Source: a virus
DNA: 64,000 nucleotides
Reading direction: 5' to 3' (one strand)
IMG/VR virus record: IMGVR_UViG_3300021420_000016
Span: 90,049 to 154,048 of that record
A model generated the notes under the pieces. The model did not search any database and was not told the DNA's origin. It saw nothing but the letters and a program-made list of their open reading frames with translations. This document shows positions 18,620-29,132 of the stretch, piece after piece (positions within the stretch are counted from its first letter, which is position 1; the number at the start of each line of letters is the position of its first letter). Both the position numbers and the translations under genes were made by a program.

Positions 18620-20633
18620 TGGCGGGCCTGCTTTCGGTTGTGCCGCGCAGTTCTGCGAGGAGCCCCGGCAGCTCGTCCGGAAGCACCAGCACGTCCCTGG
18701 CCTTGGAGCCCTCGCTCGGCCCGACGATCCCCCGGCTCTCCAGCAGATCCATGAGCCGGCCGGCCTTGGCGAAGCCGGCCCGCATTTTGCGCTGCAGCAT
18801 CGAGGTGGAGCCGAACTGGGTGCTGACCACGAGCTCCGCCGCCCGGACGAGGTCTTCGAGGTCGTCGCCGATGTCGAGGTCACCCCGGACCGGGCCTTCG
18901 GCCTCGGGGGCCACCTCTACCAGCTCAGGGGGGGCGAATGCAGCCTTGGCCATCTTCACGTAGTCGTGGATCTCCGCCTCGGTGACGAACGCGTTCTGCA
19001 CCCGCAGCGGCTTGCTCACGCCCATCGGCAGGAACAGCGAGTCGCCCTGGCCGAGGAGTTTCTCCGCGCCGCCCTGGTCCAGGATGACCCGGCTGTCGGT
19101 GGCGCTCGCAGCGGCGAACGCCAGCCGGGACGGCACGTTCGCCTTGATCAGCCCGGTCACCACGTCCACCGACGGCCGCTGGGTGGCGAGCACCAGGTGG
19201 ATGCCGGCCGCCCGGGCGAGCTGGGTGATCCGGACCACGGCGTCTTCCACGTCGCGTGGCGCGATCATCATCAGGTCGGCCAGTTCGTCGACGATCACCA
19301 GCAGGTACGGGTACGGCAGGAACACCCGGTCACTGCCCGGAGGGGTCTTCACCTTCCCGGCGCGGACCGCTTTGTTGAAGTCGTCAACGTGGCGGAACCC
19401 GGCGGCCTGCAGGTCGTCGTAGCGCCGGTCCATCTCCCCGACGACCCAGCCGAGCGCCTCGGCGGCCTTCTTCGGGCTGGTGATGATCGGCGTGATCAGG
19501 TGCGGGATGCCCTGGTAGATCGCCAGCTCGACACGCTTGGGGTCGATGAGGATCATCCGCACCTCATCCGGGGTGGCCCGGGCCAGGATCGACGTGATCA
19601 GCCCATTCACGCAGGTACTTTTGCCCGATCCCGTACTTCCGGCAATGATGATGTGAGGCATCTTCGCGAGGTTGGCGACGACCGCGGCACCTTCGACGTC
19701 CTTGCCTAGGCCGACCGTCAGGGGATGGTGGTCGGCCATGGCGATCGGCGAGCGCAGAACGTCGCCTAGGCGCACGATCTCCCGGTCGGCATTGGGGACC
19801 TGGATTCCGACGGCCGACTCCCCTTCGACGGGGGACTGGATCCAGATGTTCGCGCTCTTCACTGCGTACGCGATGTTTCTGGTGAGCTGGGTGACCCGCT
19901 CCACCTTGACGCGGGGCCCGAGGGTGACCTTGTAGAGGGTGACGGTCGGCCCGCGACTGAACCCGGTCACTTGGGCGTCCACGTCGAATTGCCCGAAAAC
20001 TTCGTCGATAGCCCGTATGACGGTGTCGTTGGCTTCGGTGCGCGGCGCGCTCGCATACCCGGTGACCAGAGAGCCGGGACCGAGGGGCTGCTGGGCGGCT
20101 CGCGGCGCAGTGTGCGGCACCGGCTCGTAGCGTTCGGCGAGGATTTCCGCGTGCACCGGGGTGTCCGGCGCGGAATCTTCCGGCGGCGCCGCGGCGCCGT
20201 TTCCCTGGCCGAGCGGGCGCAGCTCGCCGCGCAGGGTGCGGTGGGCGGGGGTGGCGTGCTCGATGCGCCGGTCCCACAGCAGCGGGAAGCACAAGGCCGT
20301 GCCGCCGGCCCACAGCAGCCCTTGCAGGATCCAGCCGGCCAGCCCGTGGAACGGGCCGTGGACGGAGGCGACCGGCAGCCAGATGGCCCCGCCGGCCCAC
20401 AGCCGCAGCGCCACCATTTCCATGGCCGGGTGGCTGCGCACCGCGTGAATGGCCCATCCGGTGGCACCGGCGATGGCCACGACGGGGATCCCGAGGGCGA
20501 GCAGGCCGGCGGCCCAGTGCCCGAAGACGGCCACGGCGTCCGCGGCGGCCATCCAGGCGAAGGGCACCAGGACGGGCCGGTGGGCGTGCACCACCGCACC
20601 GGTCTCTGTCGCTGCCCGCTCGCCGTCACGCAT
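18612..20633 (-). CDS. ftsK: FtsK/SpoIIIE DNA translocase (TraB position)
   Basis: N-terminal TMs; [54 protein letters not shown]; gamma domain [25 protein letters not shown]. Confidence 0.95.
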   Translation of the reverse strand: MRDGERAATETGAVVHAHRPVLVPFAWMAAADAVAVFGHWAAGLLALGIPVVAIAGATGWAIHAVRSHPAMEMVALRLWAGGAIWLPVASVHGPFHGLAGWILQGLLWAGGTALCFPLLWDRRIEHATPAHRTLRGELRPLGQGNGAAAPPEDSAPDTPVHAEILAERYEPVPHTAPRAAQQPLGPGSLVTGYASAPRTEANDTVIRAIDEVFGQFDVDAQVTGFSRGPTVTLYKVTLGPRVKVERVTQLTRNIAYAVKSANIWIQSPVEGESAVGIQVPNADREIVRLGDVLRSPIAMADHHPLTVGLGKDVEGAAVVANLAKMPHIIIAGSTGSGKSTCVNGLITSILARATPDEVRMILIDPKRVELAIYQGIPHLITPIITSPKKAAEALGWVVGEMDRRYDDLQAAGFRHVDDFNKAVRAGKVKTPPGSDRVFLPYPYLLVIVDELADLMMIAPRDVEDAVVRITQLARAAGIHLVLATQRPSVDVVTGLIKANVPSRLAFAAASATDSRVILDQGGAEKLLGQGDSLFLPMGVSKPLRVQNAFVTEAEIHDYVKMAKAAFAPPELVEVAPEAEGPVRGDLDIGDDLEDLVRAAELVVSTQFGSTSMLQRKMRAGFAKAGRLMDLLESRGIVGPSEGSKARDVLVLPDELPGLLAELRGTTESRPANA

Positions 20634-20639
20634 GGCTGA

Positions 20640-22324
20640 TTAACGCCTCCCCGCCGGCGTCGGGTCGCCGCCCGGGCCGGGGCCGCCACCGCCGAGCGCG
20701 GGCCGGGTTTGCGGGCGGCCGAAGCTGCCCCGCGTCGCCTTACCCTTGCGGCGGCCCCACAGGCTGCTGGCGAACCGGCCGACACCCAGGCCCTGGGCCA
20801 TGATCGGCTGCGCGACGGGCAGCGCGCCTTCGCGCTGCTCGCGGCGCTTGTGCAGCCCGCGGACAAGGAGGAACAGCACGGCGACGCCGATCACGAACGC
20901 CACCAGGTACACCTCCTGCTGGTGGGCGGCCTGCCCGTGCGCCGCAGGCGCGGCGTGGATGTGGGTGATCGCCTTGCCGATCTCCTTGCCGGTGCGGGGC
21001 AGCAGCGCCGCACTGCGGTGGGCGACCTGCGGCCAGTCGGCGACGGTGACCGCCATGGTGAACCCGAAGATGCCGCAGATGAACGGGGTGATCACCGGGT
21101 GGTACTTGTGCGCCAGGAGGGCCTCGAACAGGAACCCGACTGCGGCGATGGCGTCCACCGCCAGCAGGGCGGTCATGCCGTTGTCGCTGTTGGCCTGCCC
21201 CGCTGCGGCGTACAGCAGCGGGGGCAGCCCGAACGCGAGGAAGAACCCCAGAGGGCCGGCGAACCAGGCGATCAGCCGGGGCGCCTTCCGGTAACGCCAG
21301 CACAGGCCGATCACGACCGCACAGGCAAGGGCGAGAACCAGTGGCGGGCTCATCGTGTATTGCCCTCCTTCAAGGGGGTTAGAGGATGCCGAGCCAGATC
21401 AGGGCCGCGATGACCGCGGCGAGGGTAAGAGCGAACAAGGCCAGGGCGACGATCTGCCGGAACGGCCTGACGACCAGCCACAGCCAGATGATCGCGGGGA
21501 TCATCGCTGGGATCGCCCACCACGTGTGGTAGCGGGCGCCCCACTGCTCCGACCAGCCGCCGTAGTGGCCTTCGGGCACCCATGCCCGGCCGTCGCGGTA
21601 CTGGATCTGGCCGGGGATGTGCACGGTTGCGCCGCACGCGGTGCAGCGGACGCCGGCTCCGCCGATCGAGGGGGGCAGCCAGTGTTCGATGCCGTTGATG
21701 AAGCCGCCTTCGTTCCTGCGGGCCATCCGCCACGTCAGCCGCGCCGCGATGACCGCCTGGCGCAGCGCGCTGAGCGCCTGCTGCCGCGCGGTCACTGCGG
21801 CAACCTCGGCTGCCGGGGCAGGCGGCGCGGCCGGGAAAGCGGCAGGCTCAGGCTGCGGCGGCTCCGCGGGCACTTCAGGGCTAGGACCCGGGGCGGCCCC
21901 GGCGTTCCACCCGGGGCCGTCATCGCCGTCCCCGAACACGGCATCAAGGAAGTCGGTGTCATGACTCATTACTTGCCCCGCTCCCGCCGGCGGCGCGCCT
22001 CAGGCCACCAGTCAGGGCCGCGTGGAACGCGGCCCACAGGTCCCGGCCGGTGGGGATGCCACCCTGGTAGGTCGGCGGCCGCTTCACCCTCGCCGGCCGG
22101 ACGCTCGCCGCTGCCGCCTGGATGACGCCGGCGACTTCGGCGTGCAGCAGCATCCACTCGGCGGTGGGCCGGTCCTTGCGCGTCTTGGCCAGTTCGGACA
22201 GCAGGGCGGCGATGGCGGTGTGCACCGCCTCCGCGCAGTTGCCGTCGTTCAGTTCGTCGGCGATGGCCGCCGGGGCGACGTCCACGGCGCGGCGGGGCTT
22301 GTCGTCTTGCGGACCGGTGGCCAT
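20640..22324 (-). CDS. Three genes upstream of ftsK: multi-TM protein 20640-21353, TM protein 21379-21969, small protein 21959-22324 (Spd-like)
   Basis: Hydrophobic helices, co-oriented with the translocase. Confidence 0.6.
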
Positions 22325-22356
22325 CTCAGCGTTCCTCTCGTGGGTTCAGGTGCGGG

Positions 22357-23283
22357 TTAGGAGAACCGGGCCGGTGCGCCGGTGCGGCGCAGGGTGCCGA
22401 TACGCTGCTCGAACCGGTAGTACCGCTCGTTGCCGAGTTCAGTTCCGGCGTAGCTGCCGAACGGGCCACCCGGACCGATCTCGCAGTGCATTCCGGTGCC
22501 GCCGTAGCGGGGGCCGTAGCGCTTGCGCGCCAGCCGTTCCTGCTCGGCCAGTTGCTGCCACCTGGCGCGGGACCAGTGGCAGTTCTTCGCGGACGCAACC
22601 GGCGGCGCCGCTGGGGGCCCGGCGCGGCAGGTGCCGAGCCGGCCCGGTGCCTGGTCGCCGTGGCAGATGGGCGCCTGCGGGTCCGGCGCCCAGTAGCTGA
22701 CCGTTCCTGAGCCTTCACAGAACGCGCGCCGCGGCGGCGGGACGCCCACGGAAAACTCGAACGTAGTCGTGGCCGCCGAACCGAACGTGGTGCTTACGTG
22801 CACGTTGTGCCCAGGCGGGGTGCCCTCGCGCGCGGTGCCGCTGGTGCGGCCGTAGGCGGTGACGGTGGACATGAACCCGTACCGGCCGCGTTCGGCCCCG
22901 AGGGGGACGTGGACGGTGAACGTCGAGGTTGCCGACGAGTGGGCGGCCACCCAGCCGCGGGTGCCCGGGACGGTGAAGGAGATCCAGGACCGCGGCGTGG
23001 AGTACTGGGGGGTGTCCAGGTCCGGCAGGTTCTCGACGCCCATGTCGAGCCGCTCGTAGCCGCCGTGCTTGCCGCGGGTGGGGTTGACCACCGACACCGC
23101 GACGGATGCGGACTGCCCGGGTTGCAGGGTGCGGGTGACGCACGCCGGGCCGGCCTGCATGCCCGCAGACACTGAGCCGGTGGCCACGGCGCCGGGCGGG
23201 CCGCCAGTGGCCATTGCGGCGGCGGCGGCACCGATGCCGATCACCTTGGCCACGGCGTGGACGAAGCTGTGGAACCAGCCCAT
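22357..23283 (-). CDS. Secreted protein with beta-sandwich/Ig-like region
   Basis: Signal-like N-terminus; Thr/Val/Ser beta pattern (FTVHVPLGAERGRY). Confidence 0.55.
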   Translation of the reverse strand: MGWFHSFVHAVAKVIGIGAAAAAMATGGPPGAVATGSVSAGMQAGPACVTRTLQPGQSASVAVSVVNPTRGKHGGYERLDMGVENLPDLDTPQYSTPRSWISFTVPGTRGWVAAHSSATSTFTVHVPLGAERGRYGFMSTVTAYGRTSGTAREGTPPGHNVHVSTTFGSAATTTFEFSVGVPPPRRAFCEGSGTVSYWAPDPQAPICHGDQAPGRLGTCRAGPPAAPPVASAKNCHWSRARWQQLAEQERLARKRYGPRYGGTGMHCEIGPGGPFGSYAGTELGNERYYRFEQRIGTLRRTGAPARFS

Positions 23284-23289
23284 GGCTGA

Positions 23290-23529
23290 TCAGCCCCGGC
23301 CCTGCATGCCGTACCGCTGCGCCAGCCGCCGCTCGCGGCGGCTGTTACGGGTGGCGAACCGCACGATGCCGTACAGGACAAGAAGGAAGAGTGCGGCGGC
23401 GATATAGCCGCCCTCCTTCGGCGTGACCGCCCCTTGGGTGACATGTGTCGCGAGGTGCTGCGCCGGGCGCAGGAGAGTGTGGTGATGCCGGGCCATCAAG
23501 GTGACGACCAGGTGGACGAGGGGATGCAT
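23290..23529 (-). CDS. Small TM protein
   Basis: GAAAGG RBS; single TM. Confidence 0.55.
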   Translation of the reverse strand: MHPLVHLVVTLMARHHHTLLRPAQHLATHVTQGAVTPKEGGYIAAALFLLVLYGIVRFATRNSRRERRLAQRYGMQGRG

Positions 23530-23557
23530 CGGAGGGGTTTCCTTTCAGGAGCTGGGG

Positions 23558-24103
23558 TTAACAGGTGGCAGTCAGGGCGTAGTGGTAATGGCTGGCCGCC
23601 CACGGGGAGTCCTCGATCGCGTTGGCGACCGCCTGGGCGTTGTTTCCGGCGCGCAAGGCGGCGAGGATGCCGCCGTAGCTGCGCACCGTCTGGACGGTGT
23701 AGCGGAGGCCGATCCGGGCAGTGGGGAACGCCCACGCGCCGGTCGCGTTGTAACCGGGCCATCCGGCACCGGGGCCGGGGTTCAGGTTGAGCGGGTTGTT
23801 CTCGGCCTGGTTGCCGAACCCGCCACCTTCGGCGGTTTCCCAGGCGATCACCGCGTTGCGGTCGCACCGGGTGAGCGGTTCGGGGATGTCTTGCAGGAAC
23901 GCCCGGGCCCACGAGGCGCGGGTCGACAGGTTCCCCGGGTTCCCCGCGGAGGCTTGTACGGAGGTGAGCATGCCGTTCTGGACATGGTGGCCGTGGTGGT
24001 GGCCGTGGGTTTGGCTCAGGCCAGCGAGGCTGAGGCCTACGGTCACCGCAGCGGCGGCCCAAGCCCCCGTGTGACTCTTCTGGACGTAACGGCGGCGGCT
24101 CAT
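23558..24103 (-). CDS. Secreted lysozyme-like/cell-wall hydrolase candidate
   Basis: Signal peptide; WA..FL..NAVIAWETAEGG..NNPLN..YGGILAALR..SPWA pattern seen in actinobacterial lysozyme-fold domains. Confidence 0.55.
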   Translation of the reverse strand: MSRRRYVQKSHTGAWAAAAVTVGLSLAGLSQTHGHHHGHHVQNGMLTSVQASAGNPGNLSTRASWARAFLQDIPEPLTRCDRNAVIAWETAEGGGFGNQAENNPLNLNPGPGAGWPGYNATGAWAFPTARIGLRYTVQTVRSYGGILAALRAGNNAQAVANAIEDSPWAASHYHYALTATC

Positions 24104-24105
24104 GA

Positions 24106-24261
24106 TCACAGCCCGTTCACGAACGTCTGGATCGAACCGCCAGCCTGCTCCAGCAGGCCCAGAAGACTGTGGACTGCATGACTGGCGGCGGCGGGCTGGG
24201 TGAACAGGTACCACGCCAGAAACACGACGATCGCCCAGCCCAGGACGCTCCGGATTCTCAT
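24106..24261 (-). CDS. 51-aa membrane peptide (not in ORF track)
   Basis: Translated by hand: MRIRSVLGWAIVVFLAWYLFTQPAAASHAVHSLLGLLEQAGGSIQTFVNGL; ATG overlaps upstream stop. Confidence 0.75.
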   Translation of the reverse strand: MRIRSVLGWAIVVFLAWYLFTQPAAASHAVHSLLGLLEQAGGSIQTFVNGL

Positions 24262-25103
24262 TGCGCACCTACCGGGTTTTCTGCCGCCTTGATGAGTGCG
24301 GCGACGCCTGCTTCCCAGTTGCCCCAGGGAGGCTGGCTGATGATCGAGACGCCGGCGGCCTTGGTCACCTGGCCGCTGGCGGGGACGTACAGTTCGTCGC
24401 CGGGGTCCGGTGCGACGTCACCCCAGCGCTGCGCGGGGATCGAAGTGCACGCCGCGTACTTGGCGACATGGCCGCACGACACACGGAGGGCCCCGGCGGC
24501 GGTGGCCAGCGTGACCGACCAGGCCTCACAGCCACCACCCATGGCCACCTGTGAGCCGCGGCGCGGTGAGGGGCAGTCCCCCCACTGGATGGCTGACCGC
24601 GTGATGATCCCCGCGATCATGCCCGGACGGGCGGGCGGCGGGTCCGCCCGCAGCCACGCCTGGGCAGCGGGCAGGACGCTCGGCGGCCCGGAGAGGCCGT
24701 CGAGGCCGGTGAACGTACAGGTAAGCCGCACGGGGACGATGGCCAGCGCCGGCGGGAAATGGTCCAGTGCCACCTGGGCGCCGGCGTAATCCAGTTCCCC
24801 AGCGAGCTCGCGGCTCGCGGCATCCCCCAGTGCGCGGGCCTTATCGCGGAGGTGATCGACCCGGCCAAGCCATGCGCCGGTCGCGGGATCGCCTGCCGAA
24901 GCGGGCGCGTTGCGGATCACGGCCCGCACTCCGGCCAGGCAGCCGGACGCGTCGCGCACTGGGGGGACGCTTCTGCCGTCAGGGGGCTCCTCGGCCTGGC
25001 CGGCGACGCCGCAGCCGGCCACCGCGACGGCGGCGAACGCGGTCCCGGCGGCGAGCGCGACGCGGGCCCTCATGGCCGCCGCCTCCGCAGGAAGGGAAGC
25101 CAC
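24258..25103 (-). CDS. Putative lipoprotein
   Basis: AVAVAGC lipobox. Confidence 0.55.
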   Translation of the reverse strand: MASLPAEAAAMRARVALAAGTAFAAVAVAGCGVAGQAEEPPDGRSVPPVRDASGCLAGVRAVIRNAPASAGDPATGAWLGRVDHLRDKARALGDAASRELAGELDYAGAQVALDHFPPALAIVPVRLTCTFTGLDGLSGPPSVLPAAQAWLRADPPPARPGMIAGIITRSAIQWGDCPSPRRGSQVAMGGGCEAWSVTLATAAGALRVSCGHVAKYAACTSIPAQRWGDVAPDPGDELYVPASGQVTKAAGVSIISQPPWGNWEAGVAALIKAAENPVGAQ

Positions 25104-25247
25104 AGCACGCAGATGACGCCGACACCGGCAACCATCGTCACGGTCGAGCCGTAGACCACTTCACGGGCGGCTATCGCCAGCACCGCGAGCCAAAGGATCT
25201 TCCACATGACGGCTGAGCGCTCCTTCGAAGTCTGCTGTTCTTTGCCG

Positions 25248-25283
25248 GCCCGGCCCCCCAGAGGCCAGTCTGGGGGGCCGGGC
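25248..25283. promoter_or_regulatory. Perfect 15-bp inverted repeat in the leader of the transfer operon
   Basis: gcccggccccccaga-ggccag-tctggggggccgggc. Confidence 0.75.
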
Positions 25284-25445
25284 TGACACCATGACGGATC
25301 AGAGTGCTGTTCTTCTGGATCGAACTGACACTATCATGGAGTACATTGACACAGACGTCAAGCCCAAGGCAGACTTGAGTAGGCACTAGAGACTGGAGCA
25401 TGCTGGAATGGACCTGGATCAAACTGGATCAACAGGAGGCCAGCC

Positions 25446-25799
25446 ATGCTTCAGCCGACCCTTCAGCGCACCCGTCATCTCAGCGGCTGCAACGGGGGCC
25501 CATGCCCCCACGTGCACGAGACGACCATCCCCGGCATCTGGGCCATCCAGGGGGAGCGCCCCGAGATGAGCACCCGCACCGGCTGGATCACCGTCCCCGG
25601 CCTGGAGCCCACCGCAGCAGAACTCGCCGCGATGGCCACGGTCGCGCAGATCCCCGGCCACGAGAACGTGGTCCTCGTGCTGCAGGAGACCCTCGACGGC
25701 TACGCCCGCACCGGGCGTGTGCGCGAGGCGCACGACTTCGAGACCACGGTCCTGGTGCCGGCGCACATCCTCGACCAGGCCCTGGGGGCGCTGGTATGA
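25446..25799 (+). CDS. Small protein with CxGGxCP motif (partner of DUF6879/Xre systems)
   Basis: AGGAGG RBS; SGCNGGPCPHVHET..IQG. Confidence 0.7.
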   Translation: MLQPTLQRTRHLSGCNGGPCPHVHETTIPGIWAIQGERPEMSTRTGWITVPGLEPTAAELAAMATVAQIPGHENVVLVLQETLDGYARTGRVREAHDFETTVLVPAHILDQALGALV

Positions 25800-26368
25800 C
25801 TCCCGCAGACTTCGACGCCGCCTTCAATGGCGACTGGGAAACCGTCGCCCGGCTGGAGACCCATCAGGTGTACATGGTGCCCGGCGAGGAAGCCGCCCTG
25901 GAGGCGTTCCGTGCGGGCCAGCCAAGGCCGGTCTGGTCGGTGCGCACCGATCCGTGGCTCGCCCGGATCGCGCTCACCTCCGCACCGGAGGAACTGACCG
26001 GCAAGCCGCCCAAGCGGTGGCTGCGGTGCCGCATCGTGCAGCATCCGCGGAACCTCTACACCGATCATGAGATCGAGGGCTACCGCGAATCGCAGGCCGC
26101 CGGCGAGCAGATCTTCATCGCCCCCCTCGAAGCCGACCCGGCCCTTACTGGCCTGCGCCAGGACTTCTGGGGCTTCGGCCTCGGTACCACCGGCGCGTTC
26201 GTGATCATCATGGACTACGATGCCGGCGGTCACTGGCTCGGCGCCGAGCGCACCACTGACCCGGTCATCCTGGACCGCTGCCTGAAGCAGTGGAACCTGG
26301 CCCGGTCGCATTCGGTGCCGCTCAACGAATACCTCGCACCCGGCAAGGAGGCGCGAAAGGCTGCATGA
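25796..26368 (+). CDS. DUF6879 family protein
   Basis: F...F....ARLET...Y....E, R.RIV..P...Y, AGEQI, DFW motifs. Confidence 0.8.
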   Translation: MTPADFDAAFNGDWETVARLETHQVYMVPGEEAALEAFRAGQPRPVWSVRTDPWLARIALTSAPEELTGKPPKRWLRCRIVQHPRNLYTDHEIEGYRESQAAGEQIFIAPLEADPALTGLRQDFWGFGLGTTGAFVIIMDYDAGGHWLGAERTTDPVILDRCLKQWNLARSHSVPLNEYLAPGKEARKAA

Positions 26369-27237
26369 CCGATGCGCAGGAGCAGCAGCGACAGCACCGG
26401 GCGGCGCTCGGTGCTGAGTTGCGGCGCCTGCGCGAACGGGCCGGCCTGAGCCGCGACCGGCTCGCCCGCGACCTTGGCCCGGGGTACAGCAAATCGACAC
26501 TCCTGCGCATCGAAGCCGGCGGAACCAAAGGCGGTGGGCCGCCCTCCTGGGCGGACGTCAAGGTCTGGGCTGAGGCTTGCGCCGCCGCCGGCCCCGACAT
26601 GGCGTATCTGCGCACTCTCGCCGACTTCGTCCTCGGCACCCAGGCGGCCTACCAGGACCGGGGCGGCCTCCCCGCCGTCCAGGAGCAGGTCGGCAAGCAA
26701 GAAGCCGCCGCCATGACGATGCGGAACTTCAGCAACTGGGGGATCCCCGGCCTGCTGCAAACCCCCGGCTACGCCCGCGAGGTGCTGCGCCTCGCCGACA
26801 TGTGGGGCAGCGAGGACGTCGACACCGCCGCCGCGAAGCGCCAGGGCCGCCAGGTGATCCTGTCCGACCCCCGCCGCAAGCTGGAGTTCCTCGTCACCGA
26901 ACGGGCCCTGCGCTGGCCCCCGGTCCCCCCGGCCGAACTGAAGGCCCAGCTCGACTACGTGGCTGCGGTGATGGCGTGGCCCACCATCACCGTCCACGTG
27001 ATCCCCGACAACGCCACGCCCCGCGCTCTGGGCATGTGCCCGTTCGTCTTGTACGAGGATCTGGCCAACGGCGGCTCCCCCTACGCCGAGGTGGAAATGT
27101 CCCACCGGGCCGACAGGGTGGGCACCCCCGAAGACGTGGCCCTTTACCGCAAACTGTTCGGCCTGCTCGATGAGACGGCGTTGCGTGACGGCGAGGCGGC
27201 CGAATTCGTGCGCCGGGTAGCCGCCTCGCTGTCGTGA
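26365..27237 (+). CDS. Xre HTH + DUF5753 regulator (Scr1/WhiJ-like)
   Basis: LGAELRRLRERAGLS..STLLRIEAG; IPGLLQTPGYAREV, RQGRQ.IL, E.ALRW, QL, Y..LF..L..AL. Confidence 0.92.
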   Translation: MTDAQEQQRQHRAALGAELRRLRERAGLSRDRLARDLGPGYSKSTLLRIEAGGTKGGGPPSWADVKVWAEACAAAGPDMAYLRTLADFVLGTQAAYQDRGGLPAVQEQVGKQEAAAMTMRNFSNWGIPGLLQTPGYAREVLRLADMWGSEDVDTAAAKRQGRQVILSDPRRKLEFLVTERALRWPPVPPAELKAQLDYVAAVMAWPTITVHVIPDNATPRALGMCPFVLYEDLANGGSPYAEVEMSHRADRVGTPEDVALYRKLFGLLDETALRDGEAAEFVRRVAASLS

Positions 27238-27276
27238 TCTCTTGTCGCGCGGCGCCTGCTGGTGCACGCTTAATCC

Positions 27277-28014
27277 GTGACACTGACTCCCGGGGCCGCT
27301 ACCGTAGCGACGGTGGTTGCACTGTGGCTGGGCTGGTATCTGCGGGGCTGGCGGGGCGCCGAATCGGACAAGGCCGCCGCGAACAACCGGATCCGGGCGG
27401 CGGGCCGGGCAGCATGGCGGGCCCGCCGGGCGGCGATGGTAGTGGTTCTGGTGGCGGCCGCAGCGGCCGACGTGTGGATTCGCGGGAAGGGGCGCTGAAA
27501 GGCGATGCCCGACCCGTTCGCCCGTCACGCTCGCACCAAGGAAGATGACTGGGGAGCGTTCCCCTCCCGGTCCGCCTTGGTCCGTGAAGCTGCTGCCGCC
27601 GACCCGGAGCCGGTCAGGCGCCCCCCGGGGCGAAAGGATACGCGCCGCTGGTGCAGGGGGAAGGCCGGCGCCGAACACGTCCTGGTCTTGGAGATGACAC
27701 CGTTCCCGTCGTGGCGCACGGCGAGGGTGTGCGGGTGGCTTTCCCGGTGGGATATCCCCGCCCAGGATTATCGGGTCGGCTGGGGCTGCGGTCACCGGGA
27801 AGTGTGCGCGAACTGCAGGAAGGTGTTCCGTGAACCGTGGGAGCTGCCGCCCGAGATGTGCCCCGCCTACCCCGGCGGCCCGGCGCAGCGCGCCGCGGCC
27901 GAGGCGGATCTGGTGAAGGACCGGGAGCGCCGCGCGGCGCACGCGGAGCGGTACGGCCGCCGCGGGCCGGTCATCACCGGCCCGCAGGGCTACCGGCGGA
28001 AGCGGCCGGTGTGA
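27277..28014 (+). CDS. Two-TM protein 27277-27498 and Cys-rich protein 27505-28014
   Basis: ORFs; RKDTRRWCRGK..H..C..CGHREVCANC zinc-binding pattern. Confidence 0.65.
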
Positions 28015-28469
28015 ACTGGGGCAGCGGCCCGAACGCCGGCTCGTTCCCGTGCATCATCTGCGGGGAGCCTCTGGAGCGCGCCTTCGGCCTTGAGCAGCAG
28101 CCTAGCGGCGGGATCATGTGCGAGAACGCAGGCAATTACGGGTCGGCCGTGTTCGACAGCATGGACGGGGAACGTCTCGCGTTCAACATCTGCGATTAGT
28201 GCATGATCCGAGCCGGCACCCAGGGCCGGGTGATGACCTACCGCAAGTACCGCCCGGTGCTCGTGGAAGGCGTGGTTGTTGGCCGGGAGATGCCGAAGAA
28301 CCGGCCGTACGTTCAGTGGAATGTGGATCTGGCGCGCGACGATGAGCCCGTGCATCTGGAGCCCGGTGAACTGACCGGCCTGCCCGCGAGTTTCCAGTTC
28401 GATATACCCGTGCCCGAGATTCGCGACCTGGCGCAGGTGCGCCGCGCCCGGCGGGGTGGCAATCCGTGA
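28011..28469 (+). pseudogene. Zinc-binding protein gene interrupted by an in-frame TAG at 28197-28199
   Basis: PCIICG...GNYGSAVFD..FNICD*CMIRAG; same frame continues. Confidence 0.7.
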
Positions 28470-28759
28470 GCGACCTTACGTACCCTCCATGGACCGGGGA
28501 GCAGGTCGCCAACCTGAACTCGTTTCAGCGGTCCGGCCAGTTCCACCCGTTCACATGCTCCGGCGGCGGCGGCCCGCACGGCGACCGGCCAGACCGGCCG
28601 GCGGTACTGATCCCCGAGCGCGACGGATGGCGGTGCCCGGTCCCGGAGTGCACGCACCGGCAGGCGTGGGCGTACGCGACCATGGCCGGCCATTACTGGG
28701 AGCCGGTCTCCCTGGAGATGTTGTTCGGCGAGGCGCGAAGGCGGCGGCAGGAGCCGTGA
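28466..28759 (+). CDS. Small Cys/His phage protein
   Basis: PWT.EQVANLN.FQ.SG.FHPFTC..L....GW.C..C..RQAWA. Confidence 0.75.
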   Translation: MSDLTYPPWTGEQVANLNSFQRSGQFHPFTCSGGGGPHGDRPDRPAVLIPERDGWRCPVPECTHRQAWAYATMAGHYWEPVSLEMLFGEARRRRQEP

Positions 28760-29130
28760 AGATCGGCCTGGATTACTGGCATGTCTGCAGCGACCATCCG
28801 GGATACTTCGCCGCGCTATCCCGGGCTCACCTGTGGGCAGGCGACGAGGTGCACGTCATCTCCGCCATCGGCCGCAGCCGGTCCGGCACGATCCTCGCCG
28901 AAGTGCATTCGCTGGCAATCCCATACACTGCGGTGCACGAGGTCGTGTTCATGCACCCCCGGGAGTCGCCGCGATTGAAGCTGGCTAAATGCCTGGAGCT
29001 GGGTATCACCGTCTACTACGACGACCGCGATGATGTGTGCCGGCTGCTCGCCGGGCGTGGGATCTTGGCGCTGCGGGTCACCCGGGAAGAGGCTGCCGGT
29101 GACGTGGCGGCGGAGCGCGATGGCGATTAG
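28756..29130 (+). CDS. HAD-like protein (degenerate motif I)
   Basis: KIGLDYW, VHVISA, K...C.ELGI..YYDD. Confidence 0.55.
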   Translation: MKIGLDYWHVCSDHPGYFAALSRAHLWAGDEVHVISAIGRSRSGTILAEVHSLAIPYTAVHEVVFMHPRESPRLKLAKCLELGITVYYDDRDDVCRLLAGRGILALRVTREEAAGDVAAERDGD

Positions 29131-29132
29131 CC

